A stretch of 63,049 nt of DNA, the filler included, from Octopus bimaculoides (lineage: Eukaryota), in the NCBI RefSeq assembly GCF_001194135.2. It is 3 parts of 3 records of this genome, joined end to end, with 100 filler letters (N's around TTAATTAATTAA, not from the genome) between each part and the next. Parts side by side here need not be neighbours in the genome. Positions count along the whole stretch, not along the records: positions 16,256 to 45,505 come from NC_069002.1; positions 45,606 to 63,049 come from NC_068985.1; 1 more part is not named here. The stretch is one strand, 5' to 3'. Shown here one piece after another: positions 39,699-50,231 of the stretch (its first letter is position 1; each line of letters begins with the position of its first letter). Below the pieces are notes generated by a model. That model was not told the DNA's origin. It saw only the letters and a program-made list of their open reading frames with translations, and ran no database searches. The translations under genes and the position numbers were made by a program.

Positions 39699-40175
39699 TT
39701 TCTTTTTGAAGTGTATAACTAAATGACCTGAAATAGAACCAGTGGGTGTGTTAAATAATAATGCACTAAAAGAGAATGACTCTCTCCAGACACATTATAC
39801 ACACACACACACACACATATATGTGTGTATATAGTTCAATTAGAGGTTAAATAAGCCTCATTAAGGAATAATGATATCTAATGAATTTACTAGTTTCTTA
39901 CCTATTATTTATTTTGAATATTAGATCTCTCATGAAAATAACATGGACGCCGTTCGACCTCGAAAGGTCGACCGTTATAAACACCTCCACGAGAACTGTA
40001 AAGGCACAGCCTGGAAAGCAGAGTGTTTGCAATCATAGTTGGATGGAGAGAATTCATTGGAAACAGTGTGAAGCGGAGGTTGTCGACCCTAGGCCAAACT
40101 CATCGTAAACCAAAAACCATCAAGTTACAGAGGAGAAGGTAAGTCACAGGATTTGATTAAAATGTGACAATGAGC

Positions 40176-40407
40176 AATGGCTAGAAGAATATTCCTTTCT
40201 ACGACAGGCACAAGGCCTGACATTTTGAGGGATGGGACTAGTCGATTTAATCAACCTCAGTGTTTTACTGCTACTTAATTTATCGACCCCGAAAGGATGA
40301 AAGGCAAAGTTAACCTCGGCGGAATTTGAACTCAAAACGTAGCGACAGGCGAAATATCACTAACCATTTCGTCCAGCGTGCTTAACAATTCTGCCAGCTC
40401 GCCGCCC
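40176..40407 (-). mobile_element. tRNA-derived SINE, second family
   Basis: Reverse complement of the 31583-31805 family; flanked by a repeated caatggctagaagaatatt (probable TSD) at about 40156-40174 and 40408-40426. Confidence 0.85.
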
Positions 40408-41374
40408 CAATGGCTAGAAGAATATTGAGTGAAGTCTAGTAACTACCTGATCTAGCAAACAGGGCCTCATCTCAGTGAGTTGGGGTGCGTTGTGCAATAA
40501 CGCTGTGGCGAGGAAGGCCCGAAACAGCGTGCATACTCTCTTGATGACCTCATAAGCATGCTAGTGATTGGTATGCCGAGCGTTCAACTGCTAACGCTTG
40601 TGTTTGCAAGTCGTCTACAAATATTATTTATATACTTTTAAAAAATCTGTAGAATTTACTTGATACAGTCACGCTGGTTAAACAAGATATTTTAAAAGTT
40701 ATTAACTATTTAATTCTTTTTTTATTTATCAGAATTCCTAGCCTATGTGGAAGAAGCTTGCATATAGTGTTTATTTTCAGTGTAAGCGCTTCCGTTATTC
40801 AACTTTATAAACGCGAGTTCCAGGCTACTACGTATGAGGAAGGTCTGTTTTTAGTAATGGTGTTGACTATTTCCGGTTTATTTTCGGATTTAGAATTCTT
40901 ATAAAGCTTTCTTCTTTTGTCTTTCATATTTTAGCATTTCTATATTTTGTAAAAGGGGAATATCCTAAATTTTTCATTTGCAAAAAATTTGTGACATTCT
41001 CTTGAATAAGAAAATGAATAGCTAAAAACTAAAAATCTAGAAAAATCTTTGGAAACGTAGTCAAGCAATAAATAATGGTTTCAAATTTTGGCACAACGCC
41101 AGCAATTTTAAGGCAAAGTTGCCTTCGGCAGGACTAGAACTCATTAGAGTCAGACGCCAGAAGAGCCAAGCTATAAATATTGTGAGTTGAAACATTGCAG
41201 TTTAGGTTAATTATAATTTGAAGCATTCTTAGAAAGTGTCTCTGATTTCACCAGTGCGGATGAAAGTTGAAGAGGATTTCAACAGAATTTGAACGCAAAA
41301 TTAAGTGGTTACAAAAAATTATTTTAAGGCCTTCTTCTCCATCAATTTAAACTCATGATTTCAGATATTCAAGG

Positions 41375-41572
41375 CACAAGGCTCGAAAATTTGAGGGATT
41401 GGACTAGTCGATTAGATCGACCCCAGTACGTAACTGGTGCTTAATTTATCGACCCCGAAAGGATGAAAGGCAAAGTCGACCTCGGTGGAATTTTAACTCA
41501 GAACGTAAAGACAGATGAAATACTACTACACATTTCCTCCGGCATGCTAACGTTTCTGCCAGCTCGCCGCCA
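41375..41572 (-). mobile_element. tRNA-derived SINE, second family
   Basis: cttaatttatcgaccccgaaaggatgaaaggcaaagtcgacctcgg...ctgccagctcgccgcc. Confidence 0.85.
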
Positions 41573-43384
41573 TAAATGATTTCAGATATTGAAACAACGT
41601 TACATAAACAAGAACGTAGTCTATTTTTACAATATAATTGACATTTCTTTTCTCAAACACAAATTATGAGTAGCAAAGACTTCCATAATTTGAACAAAGA
41701 ATCTAAATTGTGGTAAGTGAATATTGTAGCGTGGTATTTTTTGCGGCGCTCTACCGATTATGTTATATAGCACACTTAAGAAAGATCAAACTTCTGCAAA
41801 CTAACGAAACGGTGTACCATAGTGAAGTGGCGCTTATACGGAACTCTGATTCTTCGATTGCCCCATATTCTATTAAACGATGCAGTTCGCTTCTCTTGTA
41901 AGTAAAGTGAAGTGGCTTATCTTCTATTCAGGCTTAAAATTGAAACCCGCATTTGTTTCTTCAGGACCTTGCCTTCGTTCTAAGACACTGGATCCCAAAT
42001 ATATTACAAAGATTCCTGCTACGTTACACCCCCCCACACACACACACGTTTACGCGAAAGAGGTTTAAAGAATTAAAGAAAGTGAGGGGAATCAATTGGA
42101 TTGATAGCTTGTAAAGTTTCCGACTTTAGGGTGATGCGAGACACTACCAGCCACACCTGGGTTCGAATCTTACTAGCAGCTACAGGCTCATTATTCACCA
42201 TTGTGCACCATTGTACCATATTTCGGAATGGATGTCGAACTTCTAACCAGTCTTCACCCTTCCCATATACTTGTTTGCCAAACATATTTCTTATACAGAG
42301 ATAAAAATGAAATATTCATGTAAAAACAACACCGCTATCCAATTTATTCGTCTTCTCTTTACTAGCTGTATTACCTGCGGATGCTTTAGAGTGAATCACT
42401 TCCGCAAAATCCACCGTGATCTGAAATTAAGGAATGCTGGTATGAGATTGTTTGAAGATAACTTTTCTTCTTCTATTTAGATAATAAGTCAACTTAAGCT
42501 ATGAATATGCTGACACTGCCTCTCCGCTCCTCAAAAGAATAACCGATTCTGGATTACGTTTCCTATGATCAGGACGTTGGATTTTGGAAATTCGATCTTG
42601 TCTGCGCACTAATCTGCTCCGCATCTATTGTACGTCTGTTGACATATTCATATCGATTCTCTCTCTCCTCTCNNNNNNNNNNNNNNNNNNNNNNNNNNNN
42701 NNNNNNNNNNNNNNNNNNNNNNNNNNNNNNNNNNNNNNNNNNNNNNNNNNNNNNNNNNNNNNNNNNNNNNNNNNNNNNNNNNNNNNNNNNNNNNNNNNNN
42801 NNNNNNNNNNNNNNNNNNNNNNNNNNNNNNNNNNNNNNNNNNNNNNNNNNNNNNNNNNNNNNNNNNNNNNNNNNNNNNNNNNNNNNNNNNNNNNNNNNNN
42901 NNNNNNNNNNNNNNNNNNNNNNNNNNNNNNNNNNNNNNNNNNNNNNNNNNNNNNNNNNNNNNNNNNNNNNNNNNNNNNNNNNNNNNNNNNNNNNNNNNNN
43001 NNNNNNNNNNNNNNNNNNNNNNNNNNNNNNNNNNNNNNNNNNNNNNNNNNNNNNNNNNNNNNNNNNNNNNNNNNNNNNNNNNNNNNNNNNNNNNNNNNNN
43101 NNNNNNNNNNNNNNNNNNNNNNNNNNNNNNNNNNNNNNNNNNNNNNNNNNNNNNNNNNNNNNNNNNNNNNNNNNNNNNNNNNNNNNNNNNNNNNNNNNNN
43201 NNNNNNNNNNNNNNNNNNNNNNNNNNNNNNNNNNNNNNNNNNNNNNNNNNNNNNNNNNNNNNNNNNNNNNNNNNNNNNNNNNNNNNNNNNNNNNNNNNNN
43301 NNNNNNNNNNNCATGGCGGCAGTCAAATAATTGAAACAAGTAAAAGAATAAAAGACTGAGAATATCACCAGAAATTAATATGAA

Positions 43385-43620
43385 GAACTTGACGAATAAG
43401 AAAAAAAACTTAACAGATAAGAAAAAAACTTGACCTATAAGAAAAAAAACTTGACAGATGAGAAAATTTTTTTTAAAAACCAATAAGAAAAAAAAACTTG
43501 ACCAATAAGAAGAAAACTTGACCTATAAGAAAAAAAACTTGACCAATAAGAAAAAAACTTGACCAATAAGAAAAAAACTTGAGCATAAGAAGAAAACTTG
43601 ACCAATAAGAAAAAAACAGC
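43385..43620 (+). repeat. About 21-bp minisatellite (aacttgaccaataagaaaaaa)n
   Basis: About 11 degenerate units following a SINE tail. Confidence 0.85.
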
Positions 43621-44513
43621 GGAACGATAACGTAAGAAAATATTGAATAACCAATGAAGAAGAATTAAAGCGAAGCACTAAAATATGATAATCTAAGATG
43701 ACCGCTAAAACTGTAATAAATTCAAGCTGATAAGAATAATTTATGTTACTTGTATAAATTATTCATTTAGTGCTTCGGGTCAATCAAAATGTATTTTAGG
43801 TTTCTGCTCAGACAACCGACAAAAACGAAACAGACTAAGATTTACATCGGAAATATCACCGTGTTATAGAATTACTAGGAGGCCGTTGATGTTTTTTAAA
43901 ATCTGTATAAAATCCGTTTTCAAATATACGAAAGCAGGGATATGTGAAATCGCTGAGACGACGATAAAGAAATAGATTGAACGTGTTAAGTAATTAAAAT
44001 TCATTAGCTACAATTCTGGTGATATAAATGGACATAAATTTTGTCTATCGAGTTTTTGTTAAACAAAGGAAGTCATAGAAAATCCAGGTTATAGAAGTAT
44101 TCTTATTTCTACTTTCATGTAAAACTTAACAGGCCTTCATATTGGATTATATCGTTGATAGTGTTCCATAGTTAGGTTCGATAAAAACAGTAACATACAA
44201 ACACATGCTGTGACAAACAAAATAGTACAGGTACCATAAACAGAATTTAACATAATGTGCGTTATGTCTAGATGTAATGTTCACTATTTATGTGCATGTG
44301 TGTCCCCGTGTGAGTGTCTTCTTTGTGTATGTGTGTGTGTGTGTGTCAATGTGTGTGCAGGTGCCTTTCTGCGCTTATGTAAAGACATATATATATANNN
44401 NNNNNNNNNNNNNNNNNNNNNNNNNNNNNNNNNNNNNNNNNNNNNNNNNNNNNNNNNNNNNNNNNNNNNNNNNNNNNNNNNNNNNNNNNNNNNNNNNATA
44501 TATATATATATGA

Positions 44514-44820
44514 AGGCGCATGGCTCAGTTGTTAGAGCGTCGAGCTTGTGATCGTGAGGTTGTGAGTTCGAATCCCGAATCGGGCTGCGTGTTGTGTTCT
44601 TGAGCAAGACACTTTATTTCACGTTGCTCCAATTCACTGTAGAAATGAGTTGCCACGTCACAGGTGCCAAGATGTATCGGCCTTTGCATTTCCCTTGCAT
44701 AACACTGGAGAGGGGAGGCTGTTATGCGTGGGCGACTGCTGGACTTGCCCGGACTTGTGGCTGCAAGTGTAACTTTCTAGGTACAATCCCATGGTCAGTC
44801 ATGACCGAAGGGGGTTTCAG
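44514..44820 (+). mobile_element. tRNA-derived SINE, third family
   Basis: A box tggctcagttg, B box gagttcgaatcc, then gtgttcttgagcaagacactt. Confidence 0.85.
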
Positions 44821-44960
44821 CATATATATGTAGACGTCACTAAAGTGACGGAGGGTACTATGCAGTACCAGCACTGCTAGAAATAAGCGTTAGAACAACT
44901 CTATAGCCACAGAAGTACTATCTGAATGATTAACAAGGGAGACAATTTCCTTAGCAGACA

Positions 44961-45018
44961 GCCAGATTACAGGTGATTTCGAAATTTGATGCAGAACATC
45001 TAAATTCTCATCAGTGGC
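44961..45018 (-). ncRNA. Type I hammerhead ribozyme candidate (left unit of an inverted pair)
   Basis: gcca-CTGATGA-gaatttagatg(ttctg)catcaaatttc-GAAA-tcacctgta-ATC-tggc; intact core; one mismatch in stem III. Confidence 0.7.
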
Positions 45019-45128
45019 TCTTATCGTGTCTAGGGTCACTTTCACCGTTTTTGAAATCAGCGTATGAGTTCAACGTATTTCTTATAAGCCGGCAAGGGGA
45101 TTTGAGTTTAACCCTAGGTGCGGTAAGA

Positions 45129-45186
45129 GCCACAGATGAGAATTCAGGTGGTCTGCATCAAAATTCGAAATCACCGTTGATCTGGC
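45129..45186 (+). ncRNA. Type I hammerhead-like motif (right unit; core U4->A)
   Basis: gcca-CaGATGA-gaattcaggtg(gtctg)catcaaaattc-GAAA-tca(ccgt)tg-ATC-tggc; perfect stem III. Confidence 0.65.
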
Positions 45187-45428
45187 GATGTCGGTTACAG
45201 AGATTGTCTTCCTTGTCAGTCATTAAAATAGTGCTTATGTGGCTATTGAGCTGTCATCCCATCAAACATGTGGACGCTGGCTGCTCTCGTTCATACTTTA
45301 AATATAAATTTCTGTAATTTTGAATTTTTATCACCTCTTATTTTGAACTTGACGAAGACAGACTTACTGTTGGAATATCGTTCAACCAATAAAATATCTT
45401 ACAATCGAATCGCGGTCTTCGTCTTGAC

Positions 45429-45505
<77 letters not shown>

Positions 45506-45605
45506 NNNNNNNNNNNNNNNNNNNNNNNNNNNNNNNNNNNNNNNNNNNNTTAATTAATTAANNNNNNNNNNNNNNNNNNNNNNNNNNNNNNNNNNNNNNN
45601 NNNNN
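45506..45605. other. Artificial scaffold-join spacer
   Basis: 44N + TTAATTAATTAA + 44N. Confidence 0.9.
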
Positions 45606-45866
45606 CTATATATAGCGTTAAGAGGACTCCAAATGCCTTCAGAATTTTACTCTATCACGTGACCTTATTAGGGGCCGTGATTGGTCAGTTTGCGTTCTGG
45701 CGGGAAAGGTTCGAAGAAGTTGCCGATTCGAATAATAATCAGTCACGTGATGAAAAGGAATGGGTTCTCTACTACGCTCGCATTTATTTATATTTAAATG
45801 AGAAGATTGTATGTAATGGCGATAGTAGTTTTGTATCTAATGGCGATAGGTAGTTTCACTACATAT
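45606..45866 (+). repeat. 261-bp repeat, inverted copy at 59858-60118
   Basis: 4 mismatches counted by eye; contains TGGCGGGAAA, ATTGG and two TCACGTGA. Confidence 0.92.
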
Positions 45867-46406
45867 ATATATACCAGGCACGTGCCGTCATTAATTACTC
45901 AGGCTAGGTAGTTGGTGATCTTTATGTAGTAAAACATACAATAAGCGTAATACAGGCGCGCGACTGAGTTGAAGGCAGATTTATTTCTGCCTTTATAGCC
46001 CGTAAAGAAAACGTTGTTGAGGAGTGTGCGCAGTACGTGTACTACAGCAGTATAATGCGTAGCTTAAATAGTGAAATTGAAAAGCAGGGGGCGAATTATG
46101 CCTACCTAATCTACAAAAAAATTTAATATTTTGTATTTTATGCATAGTAATTAGAGTAATCTTCATAATTTTATTGAATTAGGTGCATATTTTGCCATAA
46201 AAGGAAAATGTTGCTATCGCTCTGTAGCGAGGCACAAGAAGCGAGCGTCATTTTGAACGAGATCTCGCCGGTAGCCATTACCATATCCGAGACAAGAACG
46301 AGATCTCGCCTGCAACCATTTGCCATGTGCGAGACGACAACGAAGCTCTCGCCGGCAACCAGTATTTAAGCAAGCGTATAAGACATTCTCTCGCTCATTC
46401 CTTCTC

Positions 46407-47893
46407 ACGCTCGAATCTGTTGAGTTGAATTTGTGAAAAACTTTGACTGTTGTGTGCTGCTTTGCAGCGTTTTTTTTTTTTTTTTTTTCTCTGGTCGAGC
46501 TTTCTCTCTATCGAGAGATAGCGATGGCGACGAGTAGAATGTTTTATTCGGACCTCGGTGGATCCGAATTGTCCTCTTCGGAGACGGAATTGATAAGAGT
46601 CGTGAACAAGATGGATAAGTGCTTGGAAAAAAGAAGCTCTGCGGAGATGACGGAGATAAAAGGAAAAGAAATCAATATGGCAAACGTTAAGGAACATCAA
46701 AAGATGGCAGTAGGTTATAGAAGACATGACGAAGAAAACCATTGTTTACAAAATATATGCGGTAGAAGAAAAAAAGATAGAACAAGTTGAGGCAGAAATA
46801 ATTGAGAAAGCGTTAAGCGCGGTACACAAGGATATTGTGTCCGTGTCTAGAGGAAACAAATTTGGGACAGTGATTGTCCAATACAGGACAGAAGAAATAG
46901 TAAGGAGGCAGGCAGGAAATACAATAAAGGCGAATAAAGAGGTACTACTACCCACGTACCTAGGAAGGAAGACGTCTATGATAAAAGTTGAGGGAATCCC
47001 ACCAGACACAGACGTGGCTTGGGTCGCGGCGGCTGTCCTTTATGGAAACATGGAGAAGGTGGAAGAAGTGATTCTGAGAGTATGGGTGGAGGGCAGGATA
47101 CCTATGTGTTTTAAATGTGGCCAAAAAGGTCACATTAGAGCACGCTGCCCTCTGCAGAAGCAAAGTGCGGAAAGGGTAGAGGAGAAGTCTGAAAAGGAAC
47201 AAGAGGTGCAAATGGAGGAAAAAGAGAGAGAGAGGAAATATGGACATTGGCAAAGGGAAGACGAAAGAAAAGGGAGAAAAGTCAGTATGAGGTGGAACCC
47301 CAAGCCATCCCCACCCCACCCACACCCGCTGAGACTCATCTTCTCCTCACAGACACCAAACCCACCCATTCCCTTCCTTTACAAAATAAAAAGAAAAAAG
47401 AAGAGAAACAGACACAAAATACAAAAAAATCCCCTCCGCAGCGAAACAGGATACGTATGTGTATTAACGGAAGATACGGATGAGGAACTGATCAATGAGG
47501 TGACTGGGTGGAGGACAGCAAAATTTGTGGATATGGAGGGACAGGCAAGTGGAGTGGGTTGGGATTTGTGCGTGTTGGTATCGCAACGTCAAAGGGATGC
47601 AATTGTAAAACATAAAAAGGGACATAAATGTTGGAAGAGGGACATGGACCTAAAAAAGAATACGGTACGAGGTACTAAGAGATAATTTTTGACGTGCTAA
47701 AAGTATCAGGACTCAAAAAGAAGTGACGCTGCTTGAGTTGGAGCTGGCAGATCATTTTCATTTATTCATTTTCATAAATCAAACATGTTATCATATGTTA
47801 ATTTTATTTTATCTTTATTTTTATTTTTGTGTTATATGTCTCCACATGTATTGTCCCCTCTGTGTTAGCCCCTTGTGAGTAATATAAAATCCT
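46407..47893 (+). mobile_element. ORF1-only non-LTR retroelement with a 13-bp TSD
   Basis: CTCATTCCTTCTC at 46394-46406 and 47894-47906; A-rich 3' end; no RT/EN visible. Confidence 0.8.
46524..47685 (+). pseudogene. Gag-like ORF1 (CCHC zinc knuckle), frameshifted
   Basis: CFKCGQKGHIRARC; ATG at 46524, shifting frame into the 319-aa ORF 46726-47685. Confidence 0.75.
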
Positions 47894-48708
47894 CTCATTC
47901 CTTCTCGTGCTTACGCCTAGAAACACTGCGAAGCCAGGAGTCACAGCGGACCCTAGTCCCGCTCTAACCCCACATGCTTATCTCCAGAGCTAATGAACCT
48001 CACGTGTACGGAGCTATAACAAACCACGCGCTGCCATAAAGATGGTCTCTGAGAGCGAACCACATGAACAAGAACTCTGTAAATAAACGGCTATTGAACT
48101 CTACTCTGCTTGTGAACTTCTTCGTGTTCCAGATCCTTGAAGCTACAAAAATAATTATAATGGGAAAAGGAGATACTCCACAGGTACCATAAACCTTCCA
48201 TTCCATTATAAAATGGTGACCCCGATAGAAAAAGGACTTTCGGCAGCCGAAAGCTTTATCGTTGAAGATGCCTCACCCGAAGTACAGAATAGCAGTCTTC
48301 GCTCGCATTCTCAATTAATGGCCCGACGTCAGCATATTTTCTCTCGTTCAAGTGGACCTTTAGAATTCGTGTTCTTCGCTTCAAACTTGTACCTCACAGA
48401 GTATGCATTCTTCCTACAAGGAAATACACGGTATTCTTTCAAATAATCTCCTTTTGAAGTAATTCCTCCCACAATGTCGACCGTCAACGTTTGATACGAG
48501 TAAATTCACCAAATGCAGCAACGGGAGGACACTTCAAGCAAGCCGGCCATCAACTTCCAGCCATCGTTCCCGTCTACCGCAATGTTCGGATTATCCCACG
48601 TGTAGAGGCAAAAAAATTACCAGTTCGCCCGCCATTTTCTGACTTCTTAAACAGAAAAAATAAACACAAGCATTTTTCCCCACTTTTCAGCGGACTGCAA
48701 CACAGGTT

Positions 48709-50100
48709 TGGTGACTAAAAGAAAAATTTGTTTTCGTTGCTGCACACAGTACACAAAAAAATTCAAAAATTTTACTAAGAAAAAATTTTTTTGCACACAC
48801 TTTACTATTCCAACAACACTTTTGTCGGTGCTTTGGTCCTTTTCGTTTTTCTCCTCTGTACAAATTGAGTCTTCCCAACTTACCCGCGTACTTTGATGAC
48901 GTCACGCTTTGGTTTTCTCAGTTGGATGCGTATTTTTCCGCCCATGTGGTGCCTCACCAACAGCAGCTAAATCTTTTGTACTGTGGGATACCTACACCTC
49001 TTGCATGCTCAGTGAAAGATCTATTACTGACCCACATCCGGATGCGACTTACGCGTCCGTTAAATCCGAGGTTCTCCGTCGGAACACACAATCCGCGGAC
49101 AGTAAGTTCCGGATACTTATGCAGGGTGAACACCTGGGAGATAGGACGCCATCTGAGTTTCTTCGTCGTTTGCATGAACTCAGCGACACTCCAAAAAAAT
49201 CCTATCTCTCTATCTGCCGAAGCATTATCTTCTTTTGAGTCAATCAAGAAGGAAATAGCTTCTGTTCCTTTGCTTGCACATCCGGTTCTTGATGCTCGTC
49301 TCTCTTTAACAGTCGATGCATCAGATTCTATGGTTGGTGCTATTTTGCAACATACCGTTGACAATCGAACTCGACCTTTGTCATTTTTTTCTCGTCAATT
49401 AAAGCCAGCTGAACGTCGTTACAGTACGTTTGATCGTGAACTCTAAACGATCTACCTGTCGGTTAGTCATTTTCAACATCAACTCGAGGGCCGGGATTTT
49501 GTGATTTATACTGATCACAAGCCTCTTATGTTTGCTCTGTTATCTAAATAGGACAAACACTCGCCTCGTGCTTTTCGTCACCCGGACAACATTTCCCAGT
49601 TCACGAGTGACATTCGGCATATACCTGGAACAGAGAACGTGCCTGCTGACGCACTCCCTCGTCTCCCTGTGTGTTCTCTTTCATCTCCTGCTGCAATCGA
49701 TTTAACTGCTATTGCGCAGGATCAGCTAGCACTGGACGCATTGGATCTAACTTCCACCAAGTTGTCCTGGTGCAAGTTTGCCTATCTTCCACTTCCGTCT
49801 GCTGAAGGCACAATCCTTTGTGATACAGCTACTGGTTCTTCCAGACCGTTTGTACCTGCGACCCACCAGTGTTCTGTTTTCGATGCCTTGCATCCACTGT
49901 CACATCCTGGCATCGCTGCCTCAGTGAAGCTTATTACGGTTCGGTTTTTCTGGCCTAATATGCGCCGCATAATCACCGCTTGGGCACACTCATGTGTGAA
50001 ATGCCAGCGTTCTAAAATCCACAGGCACATTCGCGCTCCTCTAGGACAGTTTTCTCTGCCGGAGACTCCCTTTTGCAACACAGAATCTACGGCTCCATAC
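48709..50100 (+). mobile_element. Internally deleted Ty3/gypsy: gag N-terminus fused to RT-connection/RNase H and integrase zinc finger
   Basis: LWFSQLDAYF...LGDRTPSEFLRRLHEL; TVDASDSMVGAIL...FFSRQLKPAERRYSTFDREL; YTDHKPL; HPLSHPG...FFWPNM...CVKCQ; TGGTGAC at 48709. Confidence 0.9.
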
Positions 50101-50139
50101 TTTGAAATGACTAAACACGAACTACTATCGGAACTTACA

Positions 50140-50181
50140 TACTATGTATAGGTGGTGGTGTAGTTTGAGCGAACTAGGTGT

Positions 50182-50231
<50 letters not shown>

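Larger units (their letters stand above)
46223..48147 (+). mobile_element. Gypsy-type LTR (about 425 bp) split by an insertion: 46223-46406 + 47907-48147
   Basis: TGTAGC...GCTACA terminal inverted repeat; three 41-bp U3 repeats with cgagatctcg; AATAAA near 48082; PBS-like TGGTGACCCC at 48214. Confidence 0.75.

Noticed and set aside
39925-40138. Possible plus-strand exon (ttag acceptor, AG/GTAAGT donor)
   Set aside because: Stops in all three frames and no recognisable homology; could only be non-coding
41760-41900. Minus-strand ELHRLIEYGAIEES, faintly like a gypsy RT N-terminus
   Set aside because: Too short and divergent to support a call
45659-45853. Duplicated 64-aa ORF (also 59871-60065)
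   Set aside because: GTG start, no homology recognised; its conservation simply reflects the recent DNA repeat
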